Source: Clostridia bacterium | GTDB lineage: Bacteria; Bacillota; Clostridia; Oscillospirales; CAG-382 | NCBI GenBank assembly: GCA_017456765.1 | Contig: JAFTIR010000003.1 | Location: 34,198-98,197 of the forward strand | Length of the DNA stretch: 64,000 nt | Direction: 5' to 3' | Part shown: piece by piece, positions 17,735-25,700 of the stretch | Numbering within the stretch: position 1 is the first letter of the stretch | How the letters are laid out: each line of letters begins with the position of its first letter | Position numbers and translations under genes: made by a program | The notes under the pieces: model-generated | The model's database searches: none | Seen by the model: the letters and a program-made list of their open reading frames with translations, nothing else | Told to the model about the DNA's origin: nothing

Positions 17735-18001
17735 TTATTCAACAATCAAATTCTCGCTGCTTACCTTTTCGATAAATCCGTCAACATCAGCCGATGCTGT
17801 TGCTTCATCAATGTCGTAAACCTCAAGGATTGCATCCACAAGAGCCTTCTTGTCGGCACCCGAAGATAGCTTTTCCCAGAGAAGAGCTCCTGTTTCGTTG
17901 AGTGTTATCATGACATTGTGCTGTTTGGCCTGCGCACCTATGGCAACGACTACATATGTGTCGGCAACCTTTCTGAGTACAAATCCGTCTTTCAATTTCA
18001 T
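17735..18001 (-). CDS. PqqD-family / RRE-like small protein (88 aa)
   Basis: ITLNETGALLWEKLSSGADKKALVDAILEVYDIDEATASADVDGFIEKVSSENLI is a close match to the PqqD-domain pattern. Its ATG overlaps the upstream stop (ATGA). Confidence 0.7.
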   Translation of the reverse strand: MKLKDGFVLRKVADTYVVVAIGAQAKQHNVMITLNETGALLWEKLSSGADKKALVDAILEVYDIDEATASADVDGFIEKVSSENLIVE

Positions 18002-18543
18002 TTTTCTGTATTTCCTTTCTCAAATATACTGTTTCCTTTGCAATCTATGCCGCAAATCACGGGGAAATCTTTAATTTCAAGCCTTTTTACAGACTCGCAT
18101 CCAAGCTCGGGGAAGGCTATTACTTCGTATTTTTTAACCGCCCTTGCACAAAGCGCTCCTGCACCGCCTATGGCACAGAAGTAAATGCCGCAATGCTTTT
18201 TTATTGCCCGGATAACATCCCCGTTTCTCGGACCTTTTCCTATCATGGCAAGTAACCCTGCATCCATGAGAAGCGGTGTGTGAAAGTCCATTCGCGAGCT
18301 TGTCGTCGGACCGCATGAGCCAATGGGACTGCCCGGTCTTTCGGGTGTAGGACCGGAATAGTAGATACAGGCACCGTTCATGTCAAAGGGTAGCTCTTTT
18401 CCGTTTTCGATAAGAGTGCGTATTTTTTTGTGTGCCGCATCCCTTGCCGTATAAACAATGCCCGAAAGATATACCTCATCACCGACGGTAATTTCCGGAA
18501 TTACACTTTTCAATTCACTTACATTTATGTGAAAAACACTCAT
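17998..18543 (-). CDS. Fe-S type hydro-lyase beta subunit (class I fumarase / L-tartrate dehydratase C-terminal type)
   Basis: Carries GDEVYLSGIVYTARDAAHKKI, GSCGPTTSSRMD, IGKGPR and AIGGAGAL. No alpha-subunit gene lies next to it. Confidence 0.85.
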   Translation of the reverse strand: MSVFHINVSELKSVIPEITVGDEVYLSGIVYTARDAAHKKIRTLIENGKELPFDMNGACIYYSGPTPERPGSPIGSCGPTTSSRMDFHTPLLMDAGLLAMIGKGPRNGDVIRAIKKHCGIYFCAIGGAGALCARAVKKYEVIAFPELGCESVKRLEIKDFPVICGIDCKGNSIFEKGNTEK

Positions 18544-19302
18544 TTATTTGCCTTCTCCCATAAATGTTTTTGTTATTGCAGAAAAGAAGGAATCCATTTT
18601 GCTTTTGTGGCTTTCAAGAATATCGGAAAGTCCGTCTTTTTTCTTAGAGGAAACCTCTGCCGATAAATCGTGTGCACCCTTTGAAACGCCCGAAGCTCTT
18701 TTCTTTGCGTTGGAGATTATAAGCTCTGCAGTTTCGTTTGCCTTTTCAATAACGGATTTTGCCTGAGACTGAATCTGAATGAGCATTTCCTCGGCTCTTT
18801 TTTCAAAGGCGATTTTTTCGTCCTCAAGCTGCTTTTTGATTTCTGTTGTCTTAAGCTCCATGACTTCAAGCTCTTTTACCTTGATGTCGTATTCTGCCTT
18901 TACCTTTGCGTTTTCGTCACGAAGATTTTCATTTGCCCCGTTCATTTCCTTAATGCGAAGTTCAAGGGCGTCTTTTTCTGCAGTGACGGCGGAAAGCTTA
19001 CCGCTTTTTTCTTCAAGCTCTGTCTTGCTCTCTTCAAGCTGTTCTGCAAGTTTTTTTGCTTCATTTTTGAGATCTTCAAGCTTTGTATCGAGTATTTGTG
19101 CCCTTTCCTTTTCCGCAATAAGTGACGGAAGTACCTCCAGCTCCTTTTTAAGCTCCTTGATTTCGCCCTCAAGCTCGTTTTCCCTGTCTGTATACTGAAC
19201 TGCGAGTTCTTCGATGTATCTGTTTACGTCGTCCTTGTTGTAGCCGCCAAGGCTGTTTCTGAAAAGTGCGTCCTTTGCCACAGTCGTCACTCCTATCCTC
19301 AA
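18544..19302 (-). CDS. DivIVA-domain coiled-coil protein
   Basis: The N-terminal FRNSLGGYNKDDVNRYIEELA is a DivIVA motif, followed by a long Glu/Lys-rich heptad-like region. The true start may be GTG at 19281 (AGGAG 8 nt upstream). Confidence 0.7.
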   Translation of the reverse strand: MRIGVTTVAKDALFRNSLGGYNKDDVNRYIEELAVQYTDRENELEGEIKELKKELEVLPSLIAEKERAQILDTKLEDLKNEAKKLAEQLEESKTELEEKSGKLSAVTAEKDALELRIKEMNGANENLRDENAKVKAEYDIKVKELEVMELKTTEIKKQLEDEKIAFEKRAEEMLIQIQSQAKSVIEKANETAELIISNAKKRASGVSKGAHDLSAEVSSKKKDGLSDILESHKSKMDSFFSAITKTFMGEGK

Positions 19303-19468
19303 TAATTCTGTTTAAAGTATAACATAATAAAGAATAAAAATCAATCATATTTTTCATACTCCGTGGATAAATCGGCTAAGGAAAGGAAAATTTACACTTA
19401 TATCACAGTCATATCACATTAAACAAATAAACTTGAAGTAGAAAACACAAGGACAGGAGGTTATATAA

Positions 19469-20134
19469 GTGCATAAACTTCTGATTGTTGATGATGAAGA
19501 AAAGATAAGGACACTCATAAGCAAATATGCTGTTTTTGAGGGTTATGAGGTGTCCTGTGCCGAGGACGGCATTACGGCGACAGAACTTCTCAGAAGATAT
19601 GATTTTGACCTTGTTATACTTGATATAATGCTTCCCGATGTTGACGGCTTTACGGTATGCAGAGAGCTTCGCAAGACTAAGAAAACACCCGTAATAATGC
19701 TCTCGGCAAGGGGAGAGGAATACGACAGACTCCACGGTTTTGAGGTGGGGGTTGACGACTATGTTGTAAAACCCTTTTCGCCGAAAGAGCTCATGATGAG
19801 GGTTGCGGCGATTCTTAAGCGGACAAGCAATGTTTCCGGGGATTCCTTTGAATATGAGGGACTTCGCGTTGATTTTGCGGGAAGAATTGTGTATGTCGAC
19901 GGTAAAAAGGCAGACCTTACACCAAAGGAATACGATTTGCTGTTTTATCTTATCAAGAATAAGGGCATAGCACTGACGCGTGAAAAGCTGATAAGTAATG
20001 TCTGGGGATATGATTTCTTCGGTGATGACAGAACACTTGATACCCATATAAAGCTCTTGCGTAAAAATCTCGGCTCGTATTCTGGACTCATAGTTACTTT
20101 GAGGGGAGTGGGCTATCGCTTTGAAGCAGAATAA
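19469..20134 (+). CDS. OmpR-family response regulator
   Basis: Receiver domain (LIVDDEEKIR...DLVILDIMLPDVDG) plus a winged-helix output (LTPKEYDLLFYL...TLRGVGYRF). Confidence 0.9.
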   Translation: MHKLLIVDDEEKIRTLISKYAVFEGYEVSCAEDGITATELLRRYDFDLVILDIMLPDVDGFTVCRELRKTKKTPVIMLSARGEEYDRLHGFEVGVDDYVVKPFSPKELMMRVAAILKRTSNVSGDSFEYEGLRVDFAGRIVYVDGKKADLTPKEYDLLFYLIKNKGIALTREKLISNVWGYDFFGDDRTLDTHIKLLRKNLGSYSGLIVTLRGVGYRFEAE

Positions 20135-21698
20135 AAAGAAAAAGAGAAAGTCCGTAAAAATACGCTGGAGACTGTTTGGTGCAATACTTATTCCTACGGT
20201 TCTTACACTTGTAACGCTGTGGGTGCTTCACACGGTGTTTCTTGGAGTATTTTACAGTGGCATAAAGACATCGGAACTGAAAAAAACCACAGAAAATGTT
20301 ATAAACAACATTGAAAGCGAGGACATAAATGACCGTATACTCATGCTTTCAAATGACGGGGATATAAATATCCGTGTTATTGAAACATCGCAGTTCGGAA
20401 CTCTTTACAGCACAGGAGATGTTTTTAATTCGGTGACCTACGGCTGGGAGTCCTTCAGTATGTTCAACCTTTATGAAGAGGTTATGGAGGGCGGTGGCGA
20501 GCTTGTGCGCTACTACACCGAAAAGCCCGAGCCACCCATTTCTTCTCACAATAGTTTTGAGAAAAAAGATGATTTCATAGAAATTCCGACGGATTTTCAA
20601 AATGACATTCCGAGAAATGACGATGAACTGCGCCACTTCAGAGAACGCTTCAGACCAACGGTAGGTCCGAAATTTTTTGATAACGTAGGAAAGCATAACG
20701 ACCTTTTGTATGCGAAAATAACCGAGCTTTCCGACGGCGTTGAGGTCATGGTAGTTGCGGACACAAGAATATCTCCCCTTGATTCAACCGTAAAGGTGCT
20801 GCGTCATCAGCTTCTGTTCTGCTCGGTTATAACCGTATTGTTGTCGCTTGTGGTGTCCTTTATGGTCGCAAAGCGTATTTCGGGCCCCATAGAAAAAATC
20901 AACAAGAGTGCAAAGGTTCTTGCGGGCGGAGATTTTGATGTACGCTTTGACGGTAAAGGCTACCGTGAAATTGAGGAGCTGAGTGACACACTGAACTTTG
21001 CTTCAACAGAACTTGGCAAGGTTGAAGGACTCAGACGTGAGCTTATGGCAAATGTTTCTCACGATATGAGAACACCTCTTACAATGATTGTCGGCTACAG
21101 CGAAGTAATGAGGGATATACCGGGAGAAAACAATCCCGAAAACGTGCAGGTTATAATTGACGAAGCAAACCGTCTTACAGAGTTTGTAAACAGTGTTCTT
21201 GACCTGTCAAAGCTCCAGAACGGCATGGAAGAGCTTGAGATTACAAGGGTGGACATTACGGAAATGCTTGAAACAAGTGCCGAAAGGTACAGGCGGCTCA
21301 TGAGCACAGAGGATTTCGAGCTGAGCTTAGAATACTCCGACCATGCTTATGTCAACTGTGATGTCACCAAGATTACACAGGTGCTTCACAATCTTACCGA
21401 CAATGCCATAAATTATGCAGCAAGTCCCAAAAAGGTGACAATCCGCCAGGTATTTACGGGTGAAAATGTAAGAATTGAAATATCCGACAATGGTGAGGGA
21501 ATAGAGCAGAGTGAGCTTCCGTATATCTGGGACAGATACTATAAAACCGAAAAGACCCACAAAAGAAACTATGTAGGGTCCGGAATAGGGCTTTCCATTG
21601 TCAAGGAAATTCTGAAGAAACATTCTGCAAAGTTCGGCGTAGAGTCGAGTAAAAATAAAGGAAGTACCTTCTGGTTTGAGCTTCCTCTTGAGAAATAA
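20121..21698 (+). CDS. Sensor histidine kinase (two TM segments, HAMP, HisKA, HATPase_c)
   Basis: Carries the H-box MANVSHDMRTPLT, N-box HNLTDNAINY, and G-boxes DNGEGI and GSGIGLSIV. It overlaps the regulator gene by 14 nt. Confidence 0.9.
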   Translation: MKQNKKKKRKSVKIRWRLFGAILIPTVLTLVTLWVLHTVFLGVFYSGIKTSELKKTTENVINNIESEDINDRILMLSNDGDINIRVIETSQFGTLYSTGDVFNSVTYGWESFSMFNLYEEVMEGGGELVRYYTEKPEPPISSHNSFEKKDDFIEIPTDFQNDIPRNDDELRHFRERFRPTVGPKFFDNVGKHNDLLYAKITELSDGVEVMVVADTRISPLDSTVKVLRHQLLFCSVITVLLSLVVSFMVAKRISGPIEKINKSAKVLAGGDFDVRFDGKGYREIEELSDTLNFASTELGKVEGLRRELMANVSHDMRTPLTMIVGYSEVMRDIPGENNPENVQVIIDEANRLTEFVNSVLDLSKLQNGMEELEITRVDITEMLETSAERYRRLMSTEDFELSLEYSDHAYVNCDVTKITQVLHNLTDNAINYAASPKKVTIRQVFTGENVRIEISDNGEGIEQSELPYIWDRYYKTEKTHKRNYVGSGIGLSIVKEILKKHSAKFGVESSKNKGSTFWFELPLEK

Positions 21699-21717
21699 AA
21701 AAGATTTTAATATTATC

Positions 21718-21752
21718 AAAGGCTGAACGAAATCGATCGTTCAGCCTTTGAT
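21718..21752. terminator. Bidirectional terminator
   Basis: AAAGGCTGAACGA-aatcga-TCGTTCAGCCTTT lies between two convergent genes. Confidence 0.55.
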
Positions 21753-21775
21753 CACTTTTTGATAAATTTTTTTAT

Positions 21776-22186
21776 TTACTTTCGTTCAAATTCAAATTCT
21801 AATCCACGATCACCGATATATATTTCTACGCGAATCGGATAATCTTCTCCATATTCTTCGATATTTCCATAAATGTCGTTTTCATCTTCGGTTCCGTAAA
21901 AATACAGGGTACCATTATTTAATTCCCCGGTGGCGGATATTATAATGTTATCATAGAAGCAGAAAGTTATATCATAAACATTTTTTGCTTTAGTAATTTT
22001 TACGGTTCCGTCATCAGAAACATATTCTCCAACATACAAATCCTTGTAATCTTTTTGCGAATTGTTTTCAGAAGACATCTGTTCTTCGGTAGATACCTGA
22101 GAGTCATTGTTTTCCGAGCATCCGATTAACAAAACTGATATACATAAAAAAGCAGATAATGATATAGCATATAATAGTTTTTTCAA
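21776..22186 (-). CDS. Small putative lipoprotein of unknown function
   Basis: The signal peptide with lipobox reads LKKLLYAISLSAFLCISVLLIGCSENN. GGAGGG lies 7 nt before TTG 22186, and the upstream extension in the track has no RBS. The segment is AT-rich. Confidence 0.55.
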   Translation of the reverse strand: MKKLLYAISLSAFLCISVLLIGCSENNDSQVSTEEQMSSENNSQKDYKDLYVGEYVSDDGTVKITKAKNVYDITFCFYDNIIISATGELNNGTLYFYGTEDENDIYGNIEEYGEDYPIRVEIYIGDRGLEFEFERK

Positions 22187-22258
22187 ACTTATCCCTCCAA
22201 TCACAGATTGATCATGATATTTGTCACAGTTCTTATAACACATGTTTTTCCTCCTTTC

Positions 22259-22296
22259 ATAATGCATTTGCACTTATATAGGTGCAAATGCATTAT
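22259..22296. promoter_or_regulatory. Perfect 15-8-15 inverted repeat in a divergent promoter region, candidate XRE operator
   Basis: ATAATGCATTTGCAC-ttatatag-GTGCAAATGCATTAT lies between the lipoprotein gene and the XRE gene. Confidence 0.5.
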
Positions 22297-22357
22297 AACA
22301 TTATTTTATAATAAAGTCAAGACTTTTGTTCCAGTTTAAGTGCAAAGGATAGATTTT

Positions 22358-22597
22358 ATGAATAAAAAAATTGAAAAAGATATTGGCAATAATATTCGCA
22401 AAATAAGAGAAAGTATTGGAATGACGCAAGATGTACTTTCTGCAAAATTACAGTTAATGGGGTGTGACATCACTCGAAGTGCCGTAGCAAAAATCGAGGT
22501 AGGACAAAGACATTTGTATCCTGACGAAATAATTTTGATAAAAGAAATTCTAAATACTGATTTTGACACGATTTTTTATGGTAGTAAAGAAAGATAA
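22358..22597 (+). CDS. XRE-family helix-turn-helix transcriptional regulator
   Basis: IGNNIRKIRESIGMTQDVLSAKLQLMGCDITRSAVAKIEVGQRHLYPDEIILIKEIL is a canonical Cro/C1-type HTH. Confidence 0.8.
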   Translation: MNKKIEKDIGNNIRKIRESIGMTQDVLSAKLQLMGCDITRSAVAKIEVGQRHLYPDEIILIKEILNTDFDTIFYGSKER

Positions 22598-22622
22598 TTT
22601 TTAGCAAGACAATGAGTTTTCA

Positions 22623-22647
22623 AGGACACCCTCGGGTGTCCTTTTTG
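22623..22647 (+). terminator. Rho-independent terminator after the XRE gene
   Basis: AGGACACC-ctcg-GGTGTCCT followed by TTTTT. It lies inside the track's 5' extension of the giant ORF. Confidence 0.6.
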
Positions 22648-22704
22648 TATATTATTCTCATATCTGCTAAAACTAAGAAAAATCACAAAGAGAGGCATAA
22701 AACA

Positions 22705-25700
22705 ATGCTTGATTTAAAAACTTTCAGCGATATACTCGGTGCGGAAAGCAAACATAAAAAAGATACGTGCAGACATCTTGTAAAGAAGGTTAAAAAAACG
22801 CTTGGTGAAACAAGAAGACTTCTCTATGATGATTACGAGCTTGCCGAAAAATCCGACAGGGAAGAGGCAGTTTGGCTCTACGAGAATTTTTCGCACCTCG
22901 AAGAAGTTGCAAAGGCGGACACAGTGACTCTGAAAAAACTGGGAAGACTTCTTTCAAGAAATGGTGAGCCTTTGTTTTTCGGCGCTTTCTTTTATCTTTT
23001 GAGAAAAAATGCAAAACTTGAAAATGAGGATATACAAAGCATTGTCGACTTGTGCAACGAATATGACGGCGGAATTTCTCTGCAGGACACCATGAGCCTT
23101 TTACCTCTTTTGCGAATGTGCGTGTGCATGAGAATATGCGAATGTTTTCTTGAGGGAGGGAGTGACAAAGAGCAAAATGACGGCGAAAATATCAGAAATC
23201 TCTTCTTTTCGCTTGATGAACTTTGTTTTTTTGATGAGGAAAAGGTTTTTAAAAACAATGCTTCGGAAAAATTTTTCTTTTCCGACCCGTCGGGTTTATA
23301 TAAGACAGTAACCCCTTCGACTAAGGCACTGTACAGAAAAAACCTCATACGCCTTTCGCACAAATTCCGCACTCCCCAGAAAGAACTTGCTGCAAAAATA
23401 GTAAAACGCTGCGAAAACAATAAAGACAATGATAGACATATAGGAAAATACCTCTGCGATAAACCCTGCGGCGGTAAAACCTATATGTTTTTAGTGTTTT
23501 TTATGACAATTCTCTTCACCTTGCTTCTGTGTCTTATTTCTCCGGTGTTCGCGGTGTCGGTAGTTTCGGTCTATGGCTGCAGCAGGCTTCTTGCCGATAA
23601 GTTTTTTGTCCGCTTTTTTGTGAAGGATTTTACCCTGCCGGCACTTGAGCTTGACAAAATCCCCGACGGGTGTGGCGTTATGACTGTAATAACGTCGCTT
23701 CTTACGGGAAGTAAGGGCGAGGAGGAGCTTTTTGAAAAATTAGAAATAATGTATAACTCCTGCGGAGAAAAAAACGCATATTTCGGACTTCTCTGCGACC
23801 TTGCCGACAGCAATGAAAAAGAAGGAGAAAGTGATAGAGAAATAATAGATTCGGCACAGGAAAAAATACTGATGTTACGAAAAAAATACGGCAACCGATT
23901 TTTCTTTTTTGTAAGACAAAGGGAATATTCCAAAAGCGAAGAAATGTATATTGCACCCGAAAGAAAGAGGGGCGCGGTCAATACCCTGACAAAATTTCTT
24001 TGCGGCAAGGGTGACGGCTTTGGGTTTGGAAGTATAAAGCCCGACGAGGAAATCTGCCGTAACATAAAATATATTTTCACCCTTGATGCCGATACAAACC
24101 TTGCCTTTGACTGCCTGCGGACAATGGTTGGTATTATGCTTCATCCGCAGAACAAGCCTGTCTTAGATAATGACAGATGTGCCGTAGTAGAGGGCTACGG
24201 CATACTTCAGCCTGCCATGAACCCGACACTTGAAAGCTCAAAAAGAAGTTTTTTTTCGTCTGTTATGTGCGGTCACGGCGGCGTTGACCTTTACAGCAGC
24301 GGCGGCTCGGATAAGACAATGGCAATGTTCGGCAGAAGTATATTCTGCGGCAAGGGAATGTTCGATAAAGACTGCTTTTATGAGGTTCTCTGCGGAAAAA
24401 ATGAATTTAAAAAGAATTCGGTGCTCAGCCACGATGCACCCGAGGGGGCAAGGCTGAGATGTGCGTATGTCGGGGACGTGACACTTACCGATTCTTTTCC
24501 GTCGGAGGAGCTGTCGTTTTATAAAAGACAGCATAGGTGGATAAGGGGAGATATTCAGAATATTCCCTTTCTTTTCGGATATGTGGAAACGTCGGACGGC
24601 AGCAGAATAAAAAACAAAATCGGCATAGAGTCAAAGTTCTTTATGTGGCAGAATGTGTACTCTGCGTTGCTTCCCGTTTTTTCGCTTGCCACGCTGTTTG
24701 TGTCGGCGTTTTGTGAAGGGACCGTGTCATCTCTTCTTGTAAGTGCATCCCTTGCCGTATATATTCTGCCCTTCGGATATTCTGTGTTTATGGGGGCAAA
24801 ACGGGCACTTTGGCACAATTTCAGACGGGTGTTTTATTCCGAGGGGATTTATACGGGAATATGGACATCGTTCTTAAGGATGCTCTTTCGGCTTTGCGCC
24901 ATTCCCAAAAGTGCCGCAGTATCGCTTGATGCTATAACAAGAAGTGCTTACAGAAGCCTTGTTTCCCACAAAAAAACGCTTGAATGGACAACGGCAGCAC
25001 AGAACGATGCCGAAAAAAGAGACGGACTTTTGGGGTATGTAAAAAAGAATCTTGTGAATGCCGTTTGCGGAACGCTTTTATTTACCCTTTCATCGTCGGG
25101 ATTTTTGAAGCTGCTTTCGCTTATGTGGCTTTTTATGCCGGTTTTTGCATACCACTCGGGAAAAGAGAGAAAGAAGCAAAAAAGGCATATTGGTGAGCAA
25201 GAAAGAAAAAAGCTCAAGGATTATTGCAGTGATATGTGGAAATTTTTCGGTGAGAATGTATCCGACTCAACAAATCATCTGCCGACGGATAACCTTTCTC
25301 TTTACCCCGAAAGAAAAATTTCACGTATGACTTCTCCCACGAATATCGGTCTTTACCTTGTGTCCTGCCTGTGTGCTTTCCGCCTCGGATTTGTTGATAA
25401 AAAGGAGATGTGTCGCAGAATTTATTCCTGCCTTGAAAGTGTAAATGAGCTTGAAAAATATAAAGGCCTTTTATATAACTGGTATGACATATTCAGAAAA
25501 GAACCCATGACGCCAAGGTATATTTCAAGCGTTGATTTGGGCAATTATGTTGCCTGTCTTATTTGCGTAAAGGAGGGAATACGTGAGCTTGCCAAAGACG
25601 GGGAAGAATCAGAAAAAATATTTCTTCTCTGCCAAAAGCTCATAAAAGAGGCTGATCTTTCGCTGTTGTTTGATAACACGCGTAAGCTCTTTTATATAGG

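Noticed and set aside
22612-22704. The ORF-track start of the giant ORF at 22612.
   Set aside because: The first 31 codons run through the terminator hairpin of the XRE gene (22623..22647). ATG 22705 has a GAGAGG element upstream.
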